A stretch of DNA of 64,000 bases from a virus. Below, piece by piece: positions 29,656-38,669 of this stretch. Every line of letters begins with the position of its first letter. Positions within the stretch are counted from its first letter, which is position 1. Both the position numbers and the translations under genes were made by a program. The notes under the pieces are model-generated. The model was not told the origin of the DNA. It worked only from the letters and a program-made list of their open reading frames with translations, and did no database searches. The stretch lies in the IMG/VR virus record IMGVR_UViG_3300024346_000010; one strand, given 5' to 3'.

Positions 29656-30225
29656 ATGGCTATTTTTAGCGGTAAGGTTGTATCAGCAACCTTTATGGAT
29701 TTTCCGACTAATACATTAATTGAGGTTCTCTATCAAGAAGAAAATGGATTAGTGCCGTATGTTCTTGAAGTGGATTTCACTTCAAGTGATTTTAACGATC
29801 TTTTACAAGATATTACATTAGAAGAAATCGAAACTGCTACACGAGCTATAGTTAAAGCTGAAGCTAATACATTTAATCAAATGATTAACAGTGAGATTGA
29901 TCGTAGATGGGCTTTAGAATCTGAAAAGATTAAAGAAGCGTATGGGAAAGTCGATCAAGATCGGGAAGAGGCCCTAAAAGCTCTTCAAGAAAATTATAAC
30001 TCGGCCTCTTCGACATACCTTATTACCCCAAAAGATTTGCTAAATAAGGTGGAATCTTTAAATATCGATACTGATTTTTTGTTCAATATGAAAATTGCTA
30101 TTCTTGAAGATCCCATCATTTCCAAGTCAAAAGATAAAGAACTTAAGTTGTCAATCAGAAAAGCTAAATCAGTGTTTGAGCTATTAAGCATCTATAGTGC
30201 GAGAAAATTAGACCAAAAGGACTAA
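29656..30225 (+). CDS. hypothetical protein (possible fibre assembly chaperone)
   Basis: 189-aa ORF, helical C-terminal half. Confidence 0.55.
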   Translation: MAIFSGKVVSATFMDFPTNTLIEVLYQEENGLVPYVLEVDFTSSDFNDLLQDITLEEIETATRAIVKAEANTFNQMINSEIDRRWALESEKIKEAYGKVDQDREEALKALQENYNSASSTYLITPKDLLNKVESLNIDTDFLFNMKIAILEDPIISKSKDKELKLSIRKAKSVFELLSIYSARKLDQKD

Positions 30226-30227
30226 TA

Positions 30228-30866
30228 ATGTATAATGTGATATGTGTCAAGTTTGGCACAAAATATAATAGTCAATATGTCAACAAATTATACCATGATA
30301 TTAAAGCCGTAGCAAAATCGGACTTTAAGTTTTATTGCTATACTGATGATAAAATTGGTATAGACAAAGAAATCATTATCATAGACCCATTACCTAAACC
30401 CACTTTAAAAGGTGTCTGGAACAAACTTAGATTGTTTGATCCAGATATGCCTTTTAAGGGTAAAACTTATTTCTTTGATCTTGATGTTAAAATCTGCAAA
30501 GATCCCTTTATTCATACAGAAGAAAAAGACTGGGAAAAACTTACTCTTATCCACTCTCATTGGAAAATGGGGAAGGTGTATAACAGACTTTCAAACTATG
30601 ATGTAAAAGTAAATAGTTCTATTATGTCTTGGGACACCAATAGCAAAGATATTAATAATTACTGGACTCATTTTAATACTGGCTTTAGAGACTACTATTT
30701 ACGGAAATATGTGGGTATAGATAGATTTATAGTACATGAAGATTTTGATTATTTTACATTTGATAATCAATATGTACAATCAAAGAAATATCAAAAAGAA
30801 ATTGATTATGATCCATGTGTAATCACATTTGAGGAAATTGACGTTGAACTCAGAGATCTTATATAG
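30228..30866 (+). CDS. GT-A fold glycosyltransferase-like protein
   Basis: ICVKFGTKY..YVNKL, FYCYTD, WNKLRLF, DxD (FFDLDV), NSSIMSW, GIDRF. Confidence 0.75.
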   Translation: MYNVICVKFGTKYNSQYVNKLYHDIKAVAKSDFKFYCYTDDKIGIDKEIIIIDPLPKPTLKGVWNKLRLFDPDMPFKGKTYFFDLDVKICKDPFIHTEEKDWEKLTLIHSHWKMGKVYNRLSNYDVKVNSSIMSWDTNSKDINNYWTHFNTGFRDYYLRKYVGIDRFIVHEDFDYFTFDNQYVQSKKYQKEIDYDPCVITFEEIDVELRDLI

Positions 30867-31467
30867 AGCACTAAAGCTTACTGAAGAAGTTTATGATGAA
30901 TCGATGTACGGTATTGATGACTTATATCGCATTAAAGATATAGGTCACTCAGTCGATATTAACCACTGGAAAAGCAAAGAGTGGTTAGCAAAAGAATTCC
31001 ACAAACATTACAATCATGACGCCGGACATTTTTATGTTGCTGGCGGGTGGTATGGTATGGCAGCATATCAACTAAGACAAATGTGGCCTGATATTGATCA
31101 GATGGCTATCACTTCAGCTGATATGGATCCGATGTGTGAAGAATATGCATGGAAACTATTTTATGACAGTAATATTGATTTCATAACTGAAGAGGTTGAT
31201 GCTGAAATAGATTTATCGAAATACTCTGCTATCATTAACACAAGTTGTGAGCACATGGAGCAAGAGGATATTCTTTCTATCATTAAGAATAAACCTAAGG
31301 ATACCTGGATAGTATTTCAGAGCAATAATTTTGTTGATCTTACAGCACACATTAATTGTTGGCCAACAGTAGATTTATTTGCAGAAAGTCTTAAGTTAGA
31401 TTATGTTGCATATGCAGAATCTTTAGACTTAGGTGACTTCAAAAGACATATGGTAATTGGTAAATGA
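30844..31467 (+). CDS. class I SAM-dependent methyltransferase
   Basis: VAGGWYG (motif I), ADMDP, IINTSCEHM, QSNN; probable TTG start after GAGGA. Confidence 0.75.
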   Translation: MNSEILYRALKLTEEVYDESMYGIDDLYRIKDIGHSVDINHWKSKEWLAKEFHKHYNHDAGHFYVAGGWYGMAAYQLRQMWPDIDQMAITSADMDPMCEEYAWKLFYDSNIDFITEEVDAEIDLSKYSAIINTSCEHMEQEDILSIIKNKPKDTWIVFQSNNFVDLTAHINCWPTVDLFAESLKLDYVAYAESLDLGDFKRHMVIGK

Positions 31468-32333
31468 AAAAGGTAGTTTATAGCGTATTCATTGATATTC
31501 CAGAAGATAAGTTAGATAATCCTGGCTGGTTTGAAAATGACGTTCAAGTAAAAACTGATAAGAGTCTTCAAACCAAAAATGCGCTTAAGGAAAACTATGA
31601 CGGAATTGTAGCAAGACAGAAACAATACGCAGAATCGATTGGTGCCGATTATCATCTATATGAAATGGATGATTACTATAAGGATTTTGTTGCCACTTTT
31701 GAACAAGAATATCCAGAAGTTTCACACTATGATATAGTTAATTTCTATAAGCATTGGACCATGGCAGATATGGCAGTATTATATGATGCAGTATGTTATA
31801 TTGACTTTGACGTAATCCCAAACACAACAGACGATATTTTTGAAGCGCATGATTTGACTAAGTTTGGTTGTGCCCATTCCAATAAACTAGCAGAATGGGG
31901 TAAGTCCGTATCTCCTAAAGATTATAACACTTGCATTCGTAACCCATCTACAAAATATTGGAATACCCACGCAATGTTGCTTGAGGATGGTCTAGATCCA
32001 GATAATGATGTATTTAATACCGGAATTATGGTAGCTGGATCGGATGTTATTAAGAAGTTGGGTTACTTTAGAAATATCAGAGCCAATCTAGATTTTATGA
32101 CCGAGCTTAAAGAAGATCCAGTTTCAATGTATCCTCACAACATTCAACGTGTATTTGGATATGATAATGAAACTCTGTTTTCATATTTGGTTCATTCAAA
32201 GTCTATCGATATTCAATATCTCAACGGCCCTTGGCATTACATTATTGATGAAAAATTCGATAGTATGAAGCGAGCGGATCCTAGTGCTAAGATGTATCAC
32301 TTCATTAATAAGAAAATGGAATGGGTTCTGTGA
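31464..32333 (+). CDS. GT-A fold glycosyltransferase (GT8/GT34-like)
   Basis: YAESIGADY, YIDFDV (DxD), FNTGIM, DNETLFSY, MYHFINK. Confidence 0.75.
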   Translation: MKKVVYSVFIDIPEDKLDNPGWFENDVQVKTDKSLQTKNALKENYDGIVARQKQYAESIGADYHLYEMDDYYKDFVATFEQEYPEVSHYDIVNFYKHWTMADMAVLYDAVCYIDFDVIPNTTDDIFEAHDLTKFGCAHSNKLAEWGKSVSPKDYNTCIRNPSTKYWNTHAMLLEDGLDPDNDVFNTGIMVAGSDVIKKLGYFRNIRANLDFMTELKEDPVSMYPHNIQRVFGYDNETLFSYLVHSKSIDIQYLNGPWHYIIDEKFDSMKRADPSAKMYHFINKKMEWVL

Positions 32334-33001
32334 AGATATTCTGCGTAAGAATAGGAAACAAATATGGACCTGAGTACGAAGATTATATTAACTCAAAGCT
32401 AAGCAAGCATGAGGTAACCTGGATTCGTGAGCCTTTTCACCCGCACGTTCCTTTGCAGTGGAATAAGCTTCAAGTGTTTAATATGGATATCTATGAACCC
32501 GTAATTGTTATGGACATCGATAAACTGCTTATTAACGACTATGAGGACGTAATCAACTATCCATGCGAGAAGAATGAATTTGTTTCTATTCCATACTGGT
32601 GGAATTTTAATGGCACCCCATTTAAGATGAGTGGTGGATTCTATAAGTTTTGGCCTTCAAGAACAAAACACATTTATCAAAAGTTTATGAGTGATATATC
32701 TTATTATACAAACTACTATATCAAAGCTGGATTAACAAATGGTCCAGTGAATGGCGAGTTTATGTTCGTTCAAGACAGTCTATATGGAATGGATCTAAAA
32801 CTCATGCCCGATGCTTGGTTTACCCGCTGGCTAAGTTCAGATGATAAAGAAATGTGCGCTAAACTAACTGATAGATATTATGAGGTTACTGGTAATGAAT
32901 ACATCTATAATGGACAGTTTCATCCTGACTTAAAGATTGTTCACTTTACAAATAGTATGAACAAGCCGCATGAATGGAAAGATTATGACAGATTTATCTG
33001 A
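32321..33001 (+). CDS. GT-A fold glycosyltransferase-like protein
   Basis: CVRIGNKYGPEY, WNKL, VMDID (DxD), SGGFYKF, GEFMFV, IVHFT; distant paralog of 30228. Confidence 0.7.
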   Translation: MGSVKIFCVRIGNKYGPEYEDYINSKLSKHEVTWIREPFHPHVPLQWNKLQVFNMDIYEPVIVMDIDKLLINDYEDVINYPCEKNEFVSIPYWWNFNGTPFKMSGGFYKFWPSRTKHIYQKFMSDISYYTNYYIKAGLTNGPVNGEFMFVQDSLYGMDLKLMPDAWFTRWLSSDDKEMCAKLTDRYYEVTGNEYIYNGQFHPDLKIVHFTNSMNKPHEWKDYDRFI

Positions 33002-33395
33002 TAATAAATTGGGCATAAAATGCCAATGGATGGAAATTAAACGCGCATTAATAAATCATGAAGGTCAAGTTTTTCCATGCTGTTACTTTGCTAATATAGA
33101 ATATACCATATCAATTTTGGGAGATGATCCGAATGTATGGGATATTGAGCACTACGGCATTTGGCGGAAGGGTGACTATGTTGCTAAAAAAAATTATAAA
33201 ACTTCTCTGCATGAATATATGGAAACTAAAGAAGACCATAATGTTTTTAACCATACGTTAGAAGAAATATTAAACAATGAATGGTTTACTAAAACCCTTC
33301 CAGAGTCTTGGAATGATGAAGATAAATGCCACAGATTATGCAAAAAGTTCTGTTCAGTAAAATCTGATCATAGAGTTGGTTTAAAAAATGAGTAG
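32985..33395 (+). CDS. stand-alone SPASM/twitch-type Fe-S domain protein
   Basis: KCQW..GQVFPCCYF..LEEILNNEWF..LPESW..CHRLCKKFC. Confidence 0.75.
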   Translation: MTDLSDNKLGIKCQWMEIKRALINHEGQVFPCCYFANIEYTISILGDDPNVWDIEHYGIWRKGDYVAKKNYKTSLHEYMETKEDHNVFNHTLEEILNNEWFTKTLPESWNDEDKCHRLCKKFCSVKSDHRVGLKNE

Positions 33396-34170
33396 CGGCA
33401 TTTCAAATTTTAATAAACATTATAGCAATAAAGAATCAGTGATATTTTTTGAACTGACAACCCACTGTAATGCGGGATGCCCACAATGCCATAGAACGAA
33501 TAGAGATGGTTTGGGAAAGGCAGAATGGATCCCATTAAAACAGTGGACATTAGATAAATTTAAAAAAGCATTTCCGCCAGAAACGTTAGATAATATTAAA
33601 TGCATGGAGTTTTGTGGAACGTGGGGTGATCCCATGATGTGCAAAGACGTATTTGAAATTACTGAATATATTTTAAATGAATCAAATGCAAATGTATTGT
33701 TCAATACCAATGGTAGCATTAGAAATCCAGATTGGTGGTGGAAATTTGGTTTATTAGGCAAAGATCGTATGACCGTTGTTTGGGCTATCGATGGTTCTAC
33801 TCAAGAAATGCATAACAAATATAGACAAAACACAAATTTAAGCTTAATTATGGAAAATATGCAATCATTCACTGCAGCTGGCGGCATAAGTGTAACATTT
33901 ACCATCGTGTTTAAACATAATCAAGCGCATTTATATGATATAGCAACTCTAGCAAAAAATAATGGCGCAGTGTCAGCAACATTTGTGCAATCAAATCGAT
34001 TCCGGGAGGGAGAGCCCCAATATCATTTTATAGATAGTAAAGGTGAAAGTGATTATTTAGAACAATCTTCGCTGAAAAATGACAGGGATTTTTATTGGCA
34101 AAATTTTAATTTAAATAATGAAGATGACATTAAAAAAATAAAACAAGAATCTAAAGATGGTATATCATGA
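33388..34170 (+). CDS. radical SAM enzyme (core only)
   Basis: HCNAGCPQCHR (CxxxCxxC), CGTWGDP, NTNG, AIDG, VFKHNQ. Confidence 0.9.
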   Translation: MSSGISNFNKHYSNKESVIFFELTTHCNAGCPQCHRTNRDGLGKAEWIPLKQWTLDKFKKAFPPETLDNIKCMEFCGTWGDPMMCKDVFEITEYILNESNANVLFNTNGSIRNPDWWWKFGLLGKDRMTVVWAIDGSTQEMHNKYRQNTNLSLIMENMQSFTAAGGISVTFTIVFKHNQAHLYDIATLAKNNGAVSATFVQSNRFREGEPQYHFIDSKGESDYLEQSSLKNDRDFYWQNFNLNNEDDIKKIKQESKDGIS

Positions 34171-34958
34171 GACTCATATCAGATGAACAATTTTATAACT
34201 ATGATGAGTTATATAATAAAAATGAGTTAAGTCTGTGGCTCGACATTTCTACACACTGTAATGCTAAATGTCCTCAATGCCATAGAACGGATGCTAATGG
34301 CTTACAAAAAGTCGATTGGTTACCTGTTATTCAATGGTCAACTGAAGAGTTTAAAAAAGCGTTTACTCCTAAAAACTTAAGCCATATCGACAGGATTGAT
34401 ATTTGTGGTACATGGGGAGATCCCATGATGAATAAAGATATATTTGAAATTGTAAAATATATCATGAATAATTCTAAATGTAAAATATTAATTAATACCA
34501 ATGGTAGTATTAGGAATGCTGATTGGTGGTGGAAATTTGGTTTATTAGGCAGAGAAAGAATCACCGTTATGTGGGCAATTGATGGTGTTACACAGGATCA
34601 GCATTCACTATATCGACAGGATACTAACTTACAGACAGTTCTAGATAATATGGAAACATTTACTGCTGCCGGAGGTATATCTCAAGTGTTTACCGTTGTG
34701 TTTAAACACAATGAAAAAGATATCTACAATCTAGCTTCATTGGTAAAAGAAAAAGGAGCGCAGGATATTTTTTACGTGCCTTCAAATAGATTTAAGAGAG
34801 ATTCTAATAAATTTGAATTTATCGATAAAGTGGGTGAACTTAAATTTTTAGAAAAATCTTCTTTAGATGAAACTAATTCCCCTGGACTTTTTTGGAAAAC
34901 TCTATTTCTAGAAGAAGAAGATAAAATGGAAGTGATACGTAATGCAACACCAAAATAA
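34167..34958 (+). CDS. radical SAM enzyme (core only), paralog of 33388
   Basis: HCNAKCPQCHR, CGTWGDPMM, NTNGSIRNADWWWKFGLLG. Confidence 0.9.
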   Translation: MRLISDEQFYNYDELYNKNELSLWLDISTHCNAKCPQCHRTDANGLQKVDWLPVIQWSTEEFKKAFTPKNLSHIDRIDICGTWGDPMMNKDIFEIVKYIMNNSKCKILINTNGSIRNADWWWKFGLLGRERITVMWAIDGVTQDQHSLYRQDTNLQTVLDNMETFTAAGGISQVFTVVFKHNEKDIYNLASLVKEKGAQDIFYVPSNRFKRDSNKFEFIDKVGELKFLEKSSLDETNSPGLFWKTLFLEEEDKMEVIRNATPK

Positions 34959-35337
34959 ATGTAATATTAAATGTGAATGGATGCAGACAAAAAGGGTATT
35001 AGTAAATCCTGATGGACAAGTTTTGCCGTGTTGTTTTTTTGCTAATGTTATTTACATGTATGATAGAATGGGCGCACCGGAAGAATGGACTCCAAAGGCT
35101 GAATATGGTATTTCAGATCAATTAATGGATGTTCCAAGAGTCGCACACGAAACTAGCCAAGAAACAATTCTTATGGATTATTATAAAAATCGTGAAGAGT
35201 ATAACATATTCGATAATGACCTAGAAGATATTTTGAACAGTGATTGGTTTAAAAAAACATTACCTGAATCATGGGAAGATGAAAGTAAACTAGCCAGACA
35301 GTGCAAAACATATTGCCAAGTAAAAGATGAAGAGTAA
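34942..35337 (+). CDS. stand-alone SPASM/twitch-type Fe-S domain protein, paralog of 32985
   Basis: KCEW..GQVLPCCFF..LEDILNSDWF..LPESW..CKTYC. Confidence 0.75.
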   Translation: MQHQNKCNIKCEWMQTKRVLVNPDGQVLPCCFFANVIYMYDRMGAPEEWTPKAEYGISDQLMDVPRVAHETSQETILMDYYKNREEYNIFDNDLEDILNSDWFKKTLPESWEDESKLARQCKTYCQVKDEE

Positions 35338-36490
35338 CTTTTGTATTATACCGTGGATCTCAATCACATCAGATAATGCTGGATTAGTAAGACCGTGTTG
35401 TAAGTTTGCTGAAAAAGATGTTCAAGGAGAATATCAAACACCTAGCCTTAAAGATTATTCGTATGAGGACATATGGAATGGTCCAGAAATGCAGGCAATT
35501 AGGCAAGCATTTTTAGATGATAAAAAGATTCCAGAGTGTTCCTCGTGCTGGAAAGAAGAAGCGGCTGGATTGACCAGCTATAGAAACCAATATAACTACA
35601 CCTTTCTTCGACAAATTGATCCAAAAGACTATTCTACAACCTATGCTGAACCACCTAGAGTTGTAGATTTAAAACTTAGTAATGTGTGTAATTTTAAATG
35701 CCGTATGTGTGATTTTTCATACAGCAGTCTCATACTAAAAGAAGATAAAGCATTTAGAGGTTATGATATACCAGATGAATCATATTACCTTTCTAATAAA
35801 ATATTAAATACTGAAAATGAAGATTACTTCTTTGAAAAAATAGTTCCGAATCTTATTCAGATCGAGTTTACTGGTGGCGAACCATTTGTAAGTCCCGAAG
35901 CTAGGAAGCTAATTGATATATTATCACAATCAGAATATGCTAAAAATATTGCAATCAATATAACAACAAATGGTAGTAAAGTAAATACATCAATCTTAAG
36001 CCAACTAGAGAAATTTAAATTTGTTAGAATCGGATTAAGTGTTGACGATATTGGCTCTAGAGCGGAATACCAAAGGAAAGGTACTGTTTGGGAAACTGTA
36101 AGTCATAATTGCAAACTCTTTAATGATAACCAAAAGTTTTATGTAAATCTACATCCAACAGTAAACAACTATAGCATATGGAACTTTGATAAAACTTTGG
36201 AATGGGCAAAAGAAAACAACATAAGGGTTGTTACAAATATTTTACATGGGCCTGAACGATTGTGCATAAAAAATCTTAGTGCGTATAGTAAGTCTAAGGT
36301 TTATGAGAAACATAAAGATAATAAATCTATGGTTAACATTCTTTCATATATGATGCAAGATGGCGAGGATCTTACTGAAGATTTTATTCAAGAAACCACA
36401 TTGGTAGATAGTATTAGAAATGAAAGCTTTAAGGAAGTTTTTCCTGATTGGAGTGAGATAATTTATGGCTCTTTGCAAAGCCCCAGTTAA
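35327..36490 (+). CDS. radical SAM enzyme with N-terminal twitch/SPASM domain
   Basis: FCIIPW..VRPCC..CSSCW, then CNFKCRMC, GGEPF, TNG. Confidence 0.9.
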   Translation: MKSNFCIIPWISITSDNAGLVRPCCKFAEKDVQGEYQTPSLKDYSYEDIWNGPEMQAIRQAFLDDKKIPECSSCWKEEAAGLTSYRNQYNYTFLRQIDPKDYSTTYAEPPRVVDLKLSNVCNFKCRMCDFSYSSLILKEDKAFRGYDIPDESYYLSNKILNTENEDYFFEKIVPNLIQIEFTGGEPFVSPEARKLIDILSQSEYAKNIAINITTNGSKVNTSILSQLEKFKFVRIGLSVDDIGSRAEYQRKGTVWETVSHNCKLFNDNQKFYVNLHPTVNNYSIWNFDKTLEWAKENNIRVVTNILHGPERLCIKNLSAYSKSKVYEKHKDNKSMVNILSYMMQDGEDLTEDFIQETTLVDSIRNESFKEVFPDWSEIIYGSLQSPS

Positions 36491-37466
36491 CAATATGTAC
36501 TTTACTGTCCATGGAACGGTAGCGCCGTGCTGGTTAACGGTGGGAGCTATTGATCGTTGGAGCCCTACTCATTCTATAAGCGATATTTGGTTTGGTGAAA
36601 AATACCAACAGATTAGAGACAATATTGCTAACGATATTTTTAAAGGTAAATGTGCTGAGTGTAAAAAAGATATTGATAATGGTGTTTGGCCATTAGCTAA
36701 AGCATACGACCAATTTACAGTAAAAAAATATCCAAGCCTGATGGAACTTGAGTTAAGTAATCAATGTAATCTCGAATGTGTAATGTGTTCTGGAACTTTA
36801 AGTTCTGGTATTCGCAAGAACCGTGATAAGCTTCCGCCTCTTCCACAAATTTATACAGATGAATTTAGACAACAGCTTAGGGAGTTTATTCCTCATCTCG
36901 AAGAGCTACGATTTAATGGTGGTGAACCATTTGCACAAAAGATTGTTCTTGATATTTGTGAAGACGTTGCAGAACTAAATCCTGGTCTAAAAGTAAACAT
37001 TGCTACAAATGGTACAGTGTACAATAAGCGTGTTCAAAAAATTATGGATATGTGCAACATTCATATTAATATTTCTATCGACAGTCTCTTACACGACCGC
37101 TATAGCGAAATCAGAATTAATGGTGACCTGTCAGTCCTTATGAAGAACTTTGAAATCTTTAATAAATATTGTAAAGATGGAAATCGAGACTTGTCTATCA
37201 TGGTTAACCCAATGAGACAAAATTGGGATGAAATGGTAGAATTTGTTAAATGGACCGATAAACATCATGTGAAGTTGTGGTATAATACTATTCGTTATCC
37301 TGCCGATTGCGCTATATGGAATTTGCCGTCGGAAAAGTTAAAGGAGATTCATACTAGTCTTCAGGCAGAACTTGATAGCATTCCGATGACAACCTATAAT
37401 TATGATAAAGCTGATCATTTGATCAATAGACAGATAGCCAATTGGTTATTAGAAAGTTATGAGTAG
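36465..37466 (+). CDS. radical SAM enzyme with N-terminal twitch/SPASM domain
   Basis: LCKAP..VAPCW..CAEC, then CNLECVMC, GGEPF, TNGT, SIDS. Confidence 0.9.
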   Translation: MALCKAPVNNMYFTVHGTVAPCWLTVGAIDRWSPTHSISDIWFGEKYQQIRDNIANDIFKGKCAECKKDIDNGVWPLAKAYDQFTVKKYPSLMELELSNQCNLECVMCSGTLSSGIRKNRDKLPPLPQIYTDEFRQQLREFIPHLEELRFNGGEPFAQKIVLDICEDVAELNPGLKVNIATNGTVYNKRVQKIMDMCNIHINISIDSLLHDRYSEIRINGDLSVLMKNFEIFNKYCKDGNRDLSIMVNPMRQNWDEMVEFVKWTDKHHVKLWYNTIRYPADCAIWNLPSEKLKEIHTSLQAELDSIPMTTYNYDKADHLINRQIANWLLESYE

Positions 37467-37527
37467 TATACCTCTCCTCCCCCAGAAGTGATACTTCTAT
37501 TATACACAGATTTTTAGGATTGTAAAC
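37464..37527 (-). promoter_or_regulatory. repeated antisense promoter/G-tract element, copy 1
   Basis: Minus strand GTTTAC-N17-TATAAT-AGAAGT-atc-ACTTCT-GGGGGAGGAG; 45-bp core (37464-37508) is 42/45 identical to 61019-61063. Confidence 0.75.
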
Positions 37528-37532
37528 AGAAA

Positions 37533-38621
37533 ATGTTATGTCATGCGCCATTTTTAGGAATTACCGTAGATCCATCTGGATTATTGACATTATGCTGTGC
37601 AACAAGTGATAGGGAATATTTTAAAACACATATAGATGATGTAGATGATTTACAAGAATTCTTTTTGGGTGACAAGTATACTCATGTCAGAAATATTATG
37701 AAATCCGAAGGTATAAAAAAACTTCCTCAGTGTTTGCACTGCTGGAAAGCTATAGATGGATATTGGACAGAAATTAATAATTATAATGAGAAACAAATAC
37801 ATGATACGCTTCAAGTTTCATATCTAGAATTAACCACAAGCAACACATGTAATCAAACATGCGTCACATGTTCCAGTTATTTTAGCTCTAAGTGGAGAAA
37901 GATAGAATCTAAATTTGACAGACAGATTCACTCATCATTTCAATTATCAGATTCGGCTATTGATAAAGTTATTAAAGTCTTACCTGGATTGAAATATCTT
38001 CAAATTAAAGGCGGGGAACCGTTTGCTGATAAAAATAATCTTAAAATTTTAAAAGCGCTATCTAAAGTAAATCCTAAATGCGAAGTTATTATAACAAGCA
38101 ATTTTCAAAGAATATCCGATGAATGGTATGAAGTGTTAAAACTTCTTCCAAATATAAAGGCTGGCGCTAGTATTGATGGTATAGATAAAACTTATGACTG
38201 GATCCGAGGAGGGTCATTTGAAGATACTATACAAAACTTAGAGAATTTCTATAAAAAAACTGGAAATAAAGTTGTTATAAATGTATGCGTTTCTTTGTAT
38301 AACATATTTCTTTTATCTGATATATTAGATTATTTTAAAAATAAAGAATATGTTTCAGTCACAATATTCAATAATATCTTAAACTACCCCAATGAACAAT
38401 CAATACAATCTTTAGATCCTTTAACTTTGAAAAAAATAGCATTTTCTGAACTTCCTTTTTGGCATAACGACTTTGAAAATATAAGAAAAGTAGAATCATT
38501 TCCAGAAGATATTAGATTAGGTCTGACAAATAAGTTTATATCACATACGGAAATAATGAATTCAATTAGAGGTTTTAATATTTTCGATATTCAACCTAAA
38601 TTAGCTAATATTTATAAATAA
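37533..38621 (+). CDS. radical SAM enzyme with N-terminal twitch/SPASM domain
   Basis: LCHAPF..LTLCC..CLHCW, then CNQTCVTC, GGEPF, SIDG. Confidence 0.9.
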   Translation: MLCHAPFLGITVDPSGLLTLCCATSDREYFKTHIDDVDDLQEFFLGDKYTHVRNIMKSEGIKKLPQCLHCWKAIDGYWTEINNYNEKQIHDTLQVSYLELTTSNTCNQTCVTCSSYFSSKWRKIESKFDRQIHSSFQLSDSAIDKVIKVLPGLKYLQIKGGEPFADKNNLKILKALSKVNPKCEVIITSNFQRISDEWYEVLKLLPNIKAGASIDGIDKTYDWIRGGSFEDTIQNLENFYKKTGNKVVINVCVSLYNIFLLSDILDYFKNKEYVSVTIFNNILNYPNEQSIQSLDPLTLKKIAFSELPFWHNDFENIRKVESFPEDIRLGLTNKFISHTEIMNSIRGFNIFDIQPKLANIYK

Positions 38622-38635
38622 AACTCCTATAAATA
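38613..38635 (+). promoter_or_regulatory. tandem T4 late promoters
   Basis: TATAAATA at 38613 and 38628. Confidence 0.75.
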
Positions 38636-38669
38636 AGACTAACACAAACTATTAACGGCGGATAACATT

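Noticed and set aside
33388-34958. Radical SAM paralog pair as an assembly artefact
   Set aside because: The copies differ at many nucleotide and amino-acid positions, consistent with a real, older duplication
32985-38621. Radical SAM/SPASM cluster as a RiPP locus or as 7-deazaguanine (QueE) DNA modification
   Set aside because: No short precursor peptide, RRE, protease or transporter seen; no queC/queD/folE/dpdA in the window and the motifs do not resemble QueE. Partners outside the window cannot be excluded
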